Of a stretch of DNA of 60,915 bases, positions 24,839 to 34,334 are shown in pieces. How positions within the stretch are numbered: the first letter of the stretch is position 1; each line of letters opens with the position of its first letter. This DNA comes from an uncultured Gammaproteobacteria bacterium. GTDB lineage: Bacteria > Patescibacteriota > Patescibacteriia > CAIXNZ01. The notes beneath the pieces are model-generated. The model worked only from the letters and a program-made list of their open reading frames with translations. It searched no databases and was not told the DNA's origin. The stretch covers positions 24,668 to 85,582 of the forward strand of contig CAYNWH010000002.1 of NCBI GenBank assembly GCA_964400885.1. Reading direction: 5' to 3'. Position numbers and translations under genes: made by a program.

Positions 24839-25441
24839 TTAAATTAACTGGACCAGCCAGTGCCAGATATCCAGCAGGAAAAAGGATAAGACAATAATGG
24901 CAGTTCCGCCGGCTAGGTTGGCGAACATGCCTTTGTCCATGATGCGGATTCCAGCTATGGTCAGCCAATTTTTATGCCATTCAATGTGTTCCGGAGCATA
25001 CTTTTCCGCGCCGAACGCTGGATTAACAAAAAAGTAAAAGGTATCTTCCAACGACCAGATGAGCATCAGGGTGGCAAAGGCTCTGATTTCCAGCAGCCAA
25101 ATCGGGGCTGTCTGATAAAAACAGAGATAGATCATGAGATGAGCGACAAAAAGCTGCAGCACATCGACATTCCGATGATAATAAGTAAAATCCTTACCGC
25201 CCAGCAACGTGTTGATATAAAAGTAGTAAAAACTGCCCGGCCATTTCGTGTGATCCACCTGCTCGTAAGAATTGGAGCCAAAGGGCTTAAAAAACATCTT
25301 GCCCTCTTTAGGGTCCCAGATATACTTGCTAGTCGGCAATTCTTTGGCCCAACCGTTTTCGCCTTCGATTTCCGCCTCAAGCCTGGCGAAAATCAGACAC
25401 CAAGTGACCAAAAGCACAAGAAACCAAATTACGTTGATCAT
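24839..25441 (-). CDS. Hypothetical polytopic membrane protein (200 aa)
   Basis: AGGAGGGG SD; several hydrophobic segments, aromatic-rich; no recognised family. Confidence 0.6.
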   Translation of the reverse strand: MINVIWFLVLLVTWCLIFARLEAEIEGENGWAKELPTSKYIWDPKEGKMFFKPFGSNSYEQVDHTKWPGSFYYFYINTLLGGKDFTYYHRNVDVLQLFVAHLMIYLCFYQTAPIWLLEIRAFATLMLIWSLEDTFYFFVNPAFGAEKYAPEHIEWHKNWLTIAGIRIMDKGMFANLAGGTAIIVLSFFLLDIWHWLVQLI

Positions 25442-25584
25442 TTTCCCCTCCTGGCTGGTTTGTTTTTAAATATCAACACCGTTAAATTAGTTTAACGAAA
25501 AAATAACAAAAAGTCAAGAGTTGATTGACAAGACCTAAAACTTCTGATAAATTCATATAATATCGCTCATTACAAGGAGGAAAA

Positions 25585-26772
25585 ATGCCGCATATAATTG
25601 AATCTTTGGAAAACGCGCTCAGGCTCTGGGAAGATAACTGTTTGATTGTTAACCTCTTAAGCCGGGCTGAAAACAAAATGGGCAAAAAACAATCTTTTCC
25701 GCTTCAAGGTCCTTTTGCTCATTTTTCAGAATTCAGAAAGTATATAATTCAGTCATTCCAAAACTTTGACTCTGCTGATTTTTGCCAAAAATTCATTGAA
25801 GAAAGAGTGCCGGACAAACCCTCCCTGCTCGGTGATCTAGCAGAACTGCCTTTTGAGCTTTGCCTTTGGTCGCACACCTCAAGGCGAGCTTACCACTTAA
25901 AAACCGATTTACAACTAATGCTCAATGCAACGAGCATCAAAAATGTTTACTGGCACAATGTCAGACTGCCTTTTGAATCATTTGCAGTCATACTTGATGA
26001 ACCAATCATTGGCACAACAGTAGAACAAGATTATGACTGCATTTTAGTCAGTAGCTATGAAGCTTATGGTCATCAGATCATTGTTTTCCGACTGTTTAGC
26101 TCGGAAATCAAAAATTATGAACCGCTCTCAGAAGAAACAAAAAAACGGCTACAACAATTGCTAAAAAAAGGCCAGTTTGATAAATTTTTCAAGGCATTGA
26201 ATAAAGCTGCTCAAGCCATTCCTAATAATGTTTACATTCCCCATTTTGAATTACCGCTTACCGAGAAGATCAAAGGAACAAAAGTCACAGAATCAGTAAT
26301 AAAACTGGCTAAAGATTTTGTCAGAGAGCAAAATGTAAAAGGCATTCCCCTGCAAATAGCTGATGGAGTAGTAATGCCTGATGAGGGCAATACAGCAGTC
26401 CGGCTAGTCGTAGGTTTGTGTCTTTTCCTGACAACCAAACATGCCAGAAATATTAATTCCTATCGCTATAAGCCGCAGAAAAAAAATCGGCAAATAATAT
26501 CTTCGCCGATTACTAATGAATCAGATATTTTCAAGCTGACATTAAACCGAGTCTTAAGCCTGAGAGAGAAAAACAGTTTTTCCAGCGGCCTAAAAAGAAC
26601 AGGCGGCTATACAATAGACACACATTTTCGCAATGGCACTTGGCGTTTCCCTGCTAATAAAGCTACTGATCCAAATGCTGAAAAAAATATTTGGGTCAGT
26701 CCGAGTATTATTAACCCTCATCTCTGCACTGAGGGGTTACCTAATGGTTCTGACACTAAAATCAAGCCCTAG
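25585..26772 (+). CDS. Hypothetical protein (395 aa)
   Basis: AAGGAGG SD 4 nt from ATG; TTGACA-N17-TAAATT promoter, divergent from the membrane gene; no recognised domain. Confidence 0.65.
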   Translation: MPHIIESLENALRLWEDNCLIVNLLSRAENKMGKKQSFPLQGPFAHFSEFRKYIIQSFQNFDSADFCQKFIEERVPDKPSLLGDLAELPFELCLWSHTSRRAYHLKTDLQLMLNATSIKNVYWHNVRLPFESFAVILDEPIIGTTVEQDYDCILVSSYEAYGHQIIVFRLFSSEIKNYEPLSEETKKRLQQLLKKGQFDKFFKALNKAAQAIPNNVYIPHFELPLTEKIKGTKVTESVIKLAKDFVREQNVKGIPLQIADGVVMPDEGNTAVRLVVGLCLFLTTKHARNINSYRYKPQKKNRQIISSPITNESDIFKLTLNRVLSLREKNSFSSGLKRTGGYTIDTHFRNGTWRFPANKATDPNAEKNIWVSPSIINPHLCTEGLPNGSDTKIKP

Positions 26773-26787
26773 CTTTTGCTAGGGTTT

Positions 26788-27273
26788 TTAATATTCATAA
26801 ATTACTTCATCGCCTATTCGTATATTATTCTCCTGGACAAATCCAGACTTTACTTCCAAAACATAATCAACTTTTTGGCTGGGCTGATAAAGCGGTAAAT
26901 CTTTTTGCCCTTTTTCTGGCGCTGGAATATTTTCAGTAATATCGACTACATTATTGCCATCAAGCCAAATTATATCAATGGGAAAATTCATGTCCTTCAT
27001 CCAAAAAACCGGCAGATCCTTATTAGAAAAAATAAAGAGCATGCCTTCATCATCAGCTAATTCTGCCCTGCCACCCAAACCTTTCGCTTTTTCTTCTGAT
27101 GTTTGCGCCAAATCAACCCAGATAACTTTATCTTTAATTTTTACTTTTCCTTGCGCCAGCCCAGGACTATATTGATAAATGGAAAAAGATGTACTAATAA
27201 AATAAACTAGTAAAGCGATAAAAATTACGCCTAATGCTAAAAAAAATAATTTATTTTTATTTTTGATCAACAT
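26788..27273 (-). CDS. DUF192 family protein
   Basis: 161 aa; N-terminal TM, GLGGR...GMLFIF...MKDMNFPIDIIWLD pattern. Confidence 0.7.
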   Translation of the reverse strand: MLIKNKNKLFFLALGVIFIALLVYFISTSFSIYQYSPGLAQGKVKIKDKVIWVDLAQTSEEKAKGLGGRAELADDEGMLFIFSNKDLPVFWMKDMNFPIDIIWLDGNNVVDITENIPAPEKGQKDLPLYQPSQKVDYVLEVKSGFVQENNIRIGDEVIYEY

Positions 27274-28351
27274 AAGCCGATTTTCTTTTATATAAAAATA
27301 CTAAAGTAACAGCTAAGACTAACATAACAATTATTAAAGCCAGTAAGGCTATAAATTTGCCAAAAGTTTGCAAGACCAAAGCCAAAGAGCCAAATAAAGC
27401 CGTTAAAAATATGTAAAAAACAACTGCCCATTGCTGAGATAAGCCGACATCAAGCAGCCGAAAATGCAAATGTTTTCTGTCAGCCAGACTAATTGTCTTT
27501 TTGAAAAAAAATCTCCTGCCTATTACCCAGATAACATCTAAAATTGGAATGCCCATAATTAATAAAGTAGTTGCTACTTTTGAGCCGGAAATAATTGCCA
27601 AAGTACCTAGCATTAAGCCAGCAAACAAACTGCCGCCTTCGCCCAAAAATATCTTAGCCGGATGCCAGTTAAAAATTAAAAAGCCAGCAAATGCACCGGC
27701 CAAAATCAGAGCAATTAAACCAGTATTAGGCTGAGCAACATTTTTACTCATAGCAATACCAAAAATTATAAAGGCGCCAACTATAGTAATGCCAGATACT
27801 AAACCATCAAGCCCGTCCAAAAGTTTAGTCGTATACATCATGCCCAGGAGCCAAATAAAGGTAAATAAATCTGCGATCAAAGTTATTTTGTAAGGAATGC
27901 CCTGAAGATAAAATAAAATATATTGCCAATTATTAAAGCTGATTAAGCCGCCAAAAGGATTGCGAATGCTAGAAATCCCAATACCAGCAGCGATTATAAT
28001 TACAGATGCTAAGACAGGAAAAATTAGCTGATATTTGGGTTTAAGGCCATATTTATCATCAAAAAAACCGCCGATCATAATTATTATTCCCGCCAAAATA
28101 ATGCCCCAGATATATTTGCCTAAAATAAAATCTTTAATAATCAAATCAGTAAAAAAACTATAGTAAATTAAAACTATAGTAAAACTTAAAAAAATCGTCA
28201 AACCGCCCAAAAGCGGAATTGGCTGTTTATGAATTTTTCTCGGCTGATTAGGCAGATCAACAATTTGCAGTATAAAAGCAATTTTTCTAATTATTAAAGT
28301 AAAAACTACTGCTAAAATAAAAGCGATTATAAAGGCAAAAAAATATAACAT
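27257..28351 (-). CDS. Glycosyltransferase family 4 (MraY/WecA-type polyprenyl-phosphate sugar-1-P transferase)
   Basis: 364 aa, about 10 TM segments; PLLGGL, FFDDKYGL, LLDGLDGL motifs. Confidence 0.8.
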   Translation of the reverse strand: MLYFFAFIIAFILAVVFTLIIRKIAFILQIVDLPNQPRKIHKQPIPLLGGLTIFLSFTIVLIYYSFFTDLIIKDFILGKYIWGIILAGIIIMIGGFFDDKYGLKPKYQLIFPVLASVIIIAAGIGISSIRNPFGGLISFNNWQYILFYLQGIPYKITLIADLFTFIWLLGMMYTTKLLDGLDGLVSGITIVGAFIIFGIAMSKNVAQPNTGLIALILAGAFAGFLIFNWHPAKIFLGEGGSLFAGLMLGTLAIISGSKVATTLLIMGIPILDVIWVIGRRFFFKKTISLADRKHLHFRLLDVGLSQQWAVVFYIFLTALFGSLALVLQTFGKFIALLALIIVMLVLAVTLVFLYKRKSAYVDQK

Positions 28352-28353
28352 AG

Positions 28354-31116
28354 TTATAACTGTTTAGCTTTTTCAACACTTATTTTACCTCCTTTTTCTA
28401 AAATAGCTATATCCCGCCTGCCGATTTTTCCCTGCAATAAATAATCTGCCAGCGCATTATCAACTCTTTCCTGAATCGCCCGACGCAAAGGCCGCGCGCC
28501 ATACTGAGGGTCAAACCCAATTTCTGCCAATTCCCTAATTGCCTCATCAGCGGCTTGAAAATTAATGCCTTTAGCTTCCAAATTTTTAGCCACGTCTTTC
28601 AAAAGCAAATGTGTAATTTTAACCACATCCTCAAAAACCAATGGCTTAAAGACAATAATATTATCAAAACGGTTTAAAAATTCTGGCTTAAAATATTGTT
28701 TTAATTCTGTTTCTAAAAGCTGTTTTTTAATTTCTTCCAAGGAGACTCCAGCTGCTACTTTTTGCTGAATAAAATCAGTTTGGGCATTGGAAGTAGCAAT
28801 CAAAATCACATTGGTGAAATCTACTGTCCTGCCCGTAGCATCAGTTAAGCGGCCGTCTTCCATAACTTGTAAAAAGATATTTAAAATATCAGGATGCGCT
28901 TTTTCTAATTCATCAAGCAAAACAATAGCAAAAGACTTTTGCCTGACAGCCTCAGTCAGCAATCCGACTCCGGCCGGCGGTGCGCCGATTAAGCGTTTAA
29001 TGCTGTCAGCTTCCTGATATTCTGACATATCCAGACGAATCATATTTTCTTCACTGCCGAAATAAACAGCAGCCAAAGTTTTAGCTAATTCTGTTTTACC
29101 TACGCCAGTCGGCCCTAAAAATAATAAATTGGCAATAGGGCGGTCAATATCGCGCAATTCAGCACGGGCTCTTCTTAAACTGGAAGATACAGCTGCCACA
29201 GCTTCTTCCTGATCAACAATACGTTCATGGATGATTGCTTCTAAATTTAATAATTTTTTGCTTTCTGTCTCTGTAACTTCAGTCACTGGCATTTTAATTT
29301 TTTCTGAAACTAAACTGGCCACATCATTGCCTGTAATCATGGCTCCGGCACCTTTATTTTGCTTAGCCCAAACAGCCACTTCTTCAAGCAAAGTAATTGC
29401 CTTATAAGGCAGGAATAAATCGTGAATATATCGGTCAGTCAGCTTAACGGCCTGTTCTAAAGCATCATAAGAAAAATAAACATTATTTTTAGCTTCAATA
29501 AAGCCAATCTTGCCTTCTATTACCTGAATTGCACTATTTAAATCTGGCTCAGGAATTTCAACTTTCTTAATAATATTGCCTAAGCTAGTGTTTTCAATAC
29601 TGCGACTATAATTAAAAGGATTAGTGCTGGCAATTAAAATTATCAAATTTTTAGAAAGAGCTTCAACTAAAACTTCTGATAGATCTAAACTTTCTGGTCC
29701 GCCAGCTGAAATGCCCATAATATCATGAATATTATCAATATATAAAATAACGTTACCAGCTGAAATAGATTCATTTAAAGAAATCAAGAGCCTTTCTTGT
29801 GCCTCGCTGGCTGAAGCGCCAGAAACTAATCTAGGAATACTTAAACTAACCAAGCGTTTATCCCTTAAAAATTCAGGCACATCATCAGCTATCATTTTTT
29901 GGGCTAAGCCCTCAACAATTGAAGTTTTACCAACGCCTGGCTCGCCGACCAAAACAATGCTTTTGATTGAACTGCCTTCCAAAATTCTGAACATTTCAGT
30001 AAATTCCTTATCCCTATCAATACATAATTCTAAATGCCCCATTTTCGCCAGCATAGTCAGATCCTCAGCAAATTGGTTTAAAAAAGGAGTCTGAATAGCT
30101 GTCATGGCTCGATCAATGCCAGTTTTAGATTTTAATCTAGCTCCAGTCCGGTAAAGCTGCCACTGTTTCTGTAATAATTTTCTGATTCTAAACCATAAAA
30201 TCACATTATTCAATTTTTCCAGATTTATATTTAAATCAAAAAAGACTTCTTGAACCATCTGATCTTCTTTAACAGCTGCTTGCAGAATGTCTGTCACGTC
30301 AACCTCATTCTCTTTATTAAAATAAGCTAAACTATAAGCCTTTAATAAAATTTTCATTGAATTGCTGGAAAAAGCTGTGGCGCCCTCGCTTTCTGGATAC
30401 TTAGCAGCCACCCGTCCTATTTTACCTGCCAAATCATTCAAATCAACGCCCAGCCGCACAAAAATACTTTCCACTTTTTTTGAAACAAGCAAAGCGCCAA
30501 TCAAAAAATGCACAGGACCAACTTCCAGCGCTTTATATTTTTCAGCCACAATAAATGAACGCTCAACAGCTTTTAAAGCTTCCTGATTTAAAGCTTTAGA
30601 AATATCAATTTGATATTTATGGGCAAAACTTTTTACCTGCTGCCAGTCAATTGGCGGCGGCGCAATAACTTGTTTTTCTCCTTCTGATCTGTATTTTTTT
30701 ACAATAACTTTTTCCATTTTATCTTTGGCCAATGAAGAAAAATAAATTAAATATAAATCAGTCAAAATTGTCAGCCAAAAAATTAGATGATAATTATTTT
30801 TAACTTGCCAAAACTTAAAACTAAGAATAATCTGGGGATTAAAATTAACCAGATAAAAAGAAAAGGCCAAGCTGGCTATGCCCAGAAATGCCAAAATAAG
30901 AAGAAAGCCAATAGTAATTTTATGAATAATTGCTTCTAATTGGTACAACCTCAAATATTGGGAATTTATCTTCTTGCCCCAATATAAAATATACCCAGCT
31001 AAATAGCCAATAATCCCCTTGCTCTGGCATTGGCTGCATGTTTTACTGCCAATTTCACCCAAGCCATTACACTGGCTGCAGACTAAAAACTGCAAATTGT
31101 CATTGTTTCCCGCCAT
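28354..31116 (-). CDS. ClpC/ClpB-like double AAA+ ATPase with N-terminal zinc finger and TM segments
   Basis: 920 aa; CSQCNGLGEIGSKTCSQCQSKG, hydrophobic helices at about residues 70-125, Clp_N repeats, GEPGVGKTS and GPTGVGKTE Walker A motifs. Confidence 0.85.
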   Translation of the reverse strand: MAGNNDNLQFLVCSQCNGLGEIGSKTCSQCQSKGIIGYLAGYILYWGKKINSQYLRLYQLEAIIHKITIGFLLILAFLGIASLAFSFYLVNFNPQIILSFKFWQVKNNYHLIFWLTILTDLYLIYFSSLAKDKMEKVIVKKYRSEGEKQVIAPPPIDWQQVKSFAHKYQIDISKALNQEALKAVERSFIVAEKYKALEVGPVHFLIGALLVSKKVESIFVRLGVDLNDLAGKIGRVAAKYPESEGATAFSSNSMKILLKAYSLAYFNKENEVDVTDILQAAVKEDQMVQEVFFDLNINLEKLNNVILWFRIRKLLQKQWQLYRTGARLKSKTGIDRAMTAIQTPFLNQFAEDLTMLAKMGHLELCIDRDKEFTEMFRILEGSSIKSIVLVGEPGVGKTSIVEGLAQKMIADDVPEFLRDKRLVSLSIPRLVSGASASEAQERLLISLNESISAGNVILYIDNIHDIMGISAGGPESLDLSEVLVEALSKNLIILIASTNPFNYSRSIENTSLGNIIKKVEIPEPDLNSAIQVIEGKIGFIEAKNNVYFSYDALEQAVKLTDRYIHDLFLPYKAITLLEEVAVWAKQNKGAGAMITGNDVASLVSEKIKMPVTEVTETESKKLLNLEAIIHERIVDQEEAVAAVSSSLRRARAELRDIDRPIANLLFLGPTGVGKTELAKTLAAVYFGSEENMIRLDMSEYQEADSIKRLIGAPPAGVGLLTEAVRQKSFAIVLLDELEKAHPDILNIFLQVMEDGRLTDATGRTVDFTNVILIATSNAQTDFIQQKVAAGVSLEEIKKQLLETELKQYFKPEFLNRFDNIIVFKPLVFEDVVKITHLLLKDVAKNLEAKGINFQAADEAIRELAEIGFDPQYGARPLRRAIQERVDNALADYLLQGKIGRRDIAILEKGGKISVEKAKQL

Positions 31117-31117
31117 T

Positions 31118-31480
31118 TTAAATATTAATTACAATCTGATAAATAATAAAAAACGGCAAAATTAAATAAATGCCGATAAAAATAAGGTTTAGTAAAATTA
31201 AAACAAGTAAAGCTATGCCGCGAAAAATTATTTGCACTAACCTTAGAAAAAAGCTAATTAAGCGTCCAGCGAAATCCCTTTGGCCAAACATGGGCACAAA
31301 AAGATTTTTTAGCCAAACCATAAAGCCCAGAGTCTGTTCAAAATCTTTAATAAAATTCCAGCTGCCTTTAAGAGTTTTTAACAAGCCCCGAGAATACCAC
31401 CATAAAGGAAAATAAAAAATATCCTTAACCCCTTCAATTAAGATAAAAATAATCAATTTCCCGGCTGAAATTTGGTTCAT
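31118..31480 (-). CDS. Small membrane protein (120 aa)
   Basis: hydrophobic ORF abutting the Clp ATPase start (1-nt gap). Confidence 0.55.
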   Translation of the reverse strand: MNQISAGKLIIFILIEGVKDIFYFPLWWYSRGLLKTLKGSWNFIKDFEQTLGFMVWLKNLFVPMFGQRDFAGRLISFFLRLVQIIFRGIALLVLILLNLIFIGIYLILPFFIIYQIVINI

Positions 31481-31611
31481 ATATTAGTAACTTTATTAGT
31501 CATTAGTAAATCCGCAGCCTATTCGTAGATTCGTATCGTTATAATAATTTTAGCATAAAAAAGAAAATAAAAAAACTCCTAATTCCAAAATAAATTAAGG
31601 GATTAGGAGTA

Positions 31612-31803
31612 TTAATTTAGCTGTTCTAGCAATTGGTCTTTCAAGGCCGGAAGCCCTTCGAAAATCATGTCCAATTGCGCATCCGTTAAAGGTTCACTGT
31701 CTGCCCGGTAAATCCCGAGCAACCGGCGCAAAAGAACACTTTTTTGCACGTCGCGAATATCTAATTTTTCAATAAAATCTTCAACTTGCTCGCAAGTGGG
31801 CAT
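31612..31803 (-). CDS. Hypothetical protein (63 aa), GC-richer cassette
   Basis: AAGGAGGTG SD; TTGACA-N17-TAAGTT promoter; terminator actcctaatccc...ggaattaggagt+T-run. Confidence 0.55.
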   Translation of the reverse strand: MPTCEQVEDFIEKLDIRDVQKSVLLRRLLGIYRADSEPLTDAQLDMIFEGLPALKDQLLEQLN

Positions 31804-31932
31804 ATTTTCACCTCCTTTTTTATCCGCTATAGCTTTAGCGACGGCGGATTGTTTGATGTTTTAACTTATCATATAATGCCAAATTTGTCAATAAATTTAA
31901 AAACCTCATTTATCGTCAAGACAAATGAGGCT

Positions 31933-32328
31933 TTACTCCTGGGCTTGCTTTTTTAATTGCATTTTCAGTTTTGTCAGTTCATTCATAGTACAAGGACTGA
32001 TATCCTCAAAGCCAATCAATCCTCGGACTAAAAGGAATTCCACGTCTGCAATTTGTCGCTGCAAGTCTTGAGGTGGAAGCTTGCCTTGCTGAAATGCCTG
32101 CCAGCCATCAACAAACTCTCTGGCTTTTGACTTGTGGGCAATTTCTTTTTCCAGAAAATTTAATTCTTCTGGATTAGTACCCAAATCGTCCCAGCTGACC
32201 TCCTCAGCCTCAACAGCTTCAATGATCCTGCCAATTAAGCAACTACTTGTCTCCGGACTATGGTTTAATGACCTCAAGCTGTTTAAAGACGCCTTCAAAA
32301 GAACCAATTTTTCTGGATTTGAAAACAT
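31933..32328 (-). CDS. Hypothetical protein (131 aa)
   Basis: GAAGGGAGGG SD positions the internal ATG (MFSNPEK); own terminator aaagcctcattt...aaatgaggttttt. Confidence 0.55.
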   Translation of the reverse strand: MFSNPEKLVLLKASLNSLRSLNHSPETSSCLIGRIIEAVEAEEVSWDDLGTNPEELNFLEKEIAHKSKAREFVDGWQAFQQGKLPPQDLQRQIADVEFLLVRGLIGFEDISPCTMNELTKLKMQLKKQAQE

Positions 32329-32463
32329 TTTCCCTCCCTTCGACCTCCGAAGCTCACCAAAGGTAAGCGAAGGCAAGCTTGTTGATTTTAATTTAATTAT
32401 AATACTTTTAAAAAATAATAAAAGCCGCGCAATGCGGCTTTATTGATATTTGATATTTTCAGT

Positions 32464-32709
32464 TCAGGGTATTTTGTTCAGATTTGCTTCCACGACCATT
32501 TGGCCGGTCTGAGGATCAAAAGAAAGAATCTTGAAAGAACGGCCTTCCATGCCCTTGGCTGTTAAGACTGCCTCCACGTAGGCAGACAAAGGCTGATTTT
32601 CCATGGCCTGATGGCTAGGTTTACCATAAGACCAGCCACTGGGATTTTGGAACTGGATCTCCAATCCACCAGTAAATTTCATATTCGGATCAACGGCTTG
32701 ATTGGACAT
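32464..32709 (-). CDS. Hypothetical protein (81 aa)
   Basis: AAGGAGG SD; follows the 105-aa gene by 13 nt; terminator agccgcattgcgcggct+T-run. Confidence 0.55.
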   Translation of the reverse strand: MSNQAVDPNMKFTGGLEIQFQNPSGWSYGKPSHQAMENQPLSAYVEAVLTAKGMEGRSFKILSFDPQTGQMVVEANLNKIP

Positions 32710-32722
32710 TTGCTCCTCCTTT

Positions 32723-33040
32723 TTAATCGAATTTGACCCTTAAATCGTTTGCATCACCCGTTACTGTAACGGATGTGGCTGATTTGCTTTCCAGCTTAAT
32801 TCCCTTTTCGCTGGATAAAGCTGACCCTATATTCTGCTGCTCGCCAGAAAGTGAAACCTCAACTTTCACGCCTTTGGCTAAACCGGATAACTCCAACTCG
32901 CTGATCATACTTTTCTTAATCTCAATGCCACGCTGACTGGGATAAATCACACCAAGCACGCGATTCCCCATTTTTACATGTACGACAGGACCGCCAAAAT
33001 AATTGGGGTCAGTTGCTAATTCAAAACTAATTCCTGGCAT
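32723..33040 (-). CDS. Hypothetical protein (105 aa)
   Basis: AAGGAGGG SD is 6 nt from the second ATG (MPGISFE); TTGACA-N17-TAAGTT promoter. Confidence 0.55.
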   Translation of the reverse strand: MPGISFELATDPNYFGGPVVHVKMGNRVLGVIYPSQRGIEIKKSMISELELSGLAKGVKVEVSLSGEQQNIGSALSSEKGIKLESKSATSVTVTGDANDLRVKFD

Positions 33041-33106
33041 TTTCATCCCTCCTTTTAAATTAATTATTTCAACTTAGCAATTTTTTAAAAAAATGTCAAT
33101 TAGTCT

Positions 33107-34222
33107 TTAAATTTCAGAGCTTAAAATTCCAGCTCTTATCTTTTTCATTAATTCCAAATAAAATTCCAGATTGTTCATGGTTGCCAAGCGCAAGCCCAAG
33201 CCTTCCTGCGTTTTAAACAAATGGTGCAAATATGCTTTGGTATATTCCCTTAATAGCTTAACCTCTGAAGCTTTATTAATCGGTTGAAAATCAGTTTTGT
33301 ATTTTTCATTAGTGGCGATCAAAGTTTTGTATGCTAATTTGCCAAAGAGCTTAATTGCGCCTTTTTCTTTCTGAGTACAAAATTGATACAAACGCCCATG
33401 GCGCGCTTCCCGAGTCGGAATCACGCAATCGAACATATCAACACCTTGCTTAACTGCAAAAACAATTTCTTCAGGCCGACCCAAGCCCATTAAATAGCGG
33501 GGCTTATCAGCTGGCATTTGCGGAGTTATGTACTCTAAAATTTTAAACATTTTATCGCGCGGCTCACCGACTGCCAAACCGCCTATCGCATAGCCAGGCA
33601 AATCCAAGCTGCTAATCTGAGCCAAACTTTCATCACGCAAATTTTTAAAAATCCCGCCTTGAACAATTCCAAATAACATTTGCTTTTTCTTAGCTTTTGA
33701 CCAGGCAGCTTTACATCTTTGCGCCCAGCTAAAAGTTATTTCATTAGCCTGCCTGACTTCTTCAAATTCAGCCTGGCCAGGAGGGCAAACATCCAGCGCC
33801 ATCATAATATCTACGCCCAAATCCTGCTGAATTTGAATTGATTTTTCCGGAGTTAATAAATGCTTAGAACCGTCTAAATGGGATTGAAATTCCACGCCTT
33901 CAGGCTTTATTTTCCTAATTCTAGATAATGAAAAAACCTGATAACCTCCAGAATCAGTTAAAATCGGGCCAGGCCAGTTTAAAAATTTATGCAACCCGCC
34001 GTGCGCTTTAATTATTTTTTCGCCTGGCTGCAAATATAAATGATAAGTATTAGCCAAAATTATCTGGGAATCTAAATCTTTTAACTCTGCAGTAGAAATA
34101 TTTTTCACTGCCGCTTTAGTAGCAATAGGCATAAAAAACGGGGTTTTAATTTGACCATGAGCAGTTTTTAAGCTGGCCAAACGCGCCAGTGATTTTTTCG
34201 ATTTTGTTATTAGTTTAAACAT
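33107..34222 (-). CDS. tgt: tRNA-guanine transglycosylase
   Basis: 371 aa; FMPIATKAAVK, LTDSGGYQVFSL, LMGLGRPEE. Confidence 0.95.
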   Translation of the reverse strand: MFKLITKSKKSLARLASLKTAHGQIKTPFFMPIATKAAVKNISTAELKDLDSQIILANTYHLYLQPGEKIIKAHGGLHKFLNWPGPILTDSGGYQVFSLSRIRKIKPEGVEFQSHLDGSKHLLTPEKSIQIQQDLGVDIMMALDVCPPGQAEFEEVRQANEITFSWAQRCKAAWSKAKKKQMLFGIVQGGIFKNLRDESLAQISSLDLPGYAIGGLAVGEPRDKMFKILEYITPQMPADKPRYLMGLGRPEEIVFAVKQGVDMFDCVIPTREARHGRLYQFCTQKEKGAIKLFGKLAYKTLIATNEKYKTDFQPINKASEVKLLREYTKAYLHHLFKTQEGLGLRLATMNNLEFYLELMKKIRAGILSSEI

Positions 34223-34334
34223 AATAATTTACAAAAATAAAGAAATCTGATACATTAATATTGGTCTAAATGACCGATCCTGTCAACAATGTTGACTTAA
34301 CCCAATGTTATAAAATTCCATAAGGAGGAGGAAG

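Noticed and set aside
24974-25495. A 173-aa + strand ORF (and 25132-25380, 25272-25469) overlapping the 200-aa membrane gene
   Set aside because: These are antisense to an ORF that has an SD, promoter, terminator and coherent TM-helix pattern. They have no translation signals of their own.
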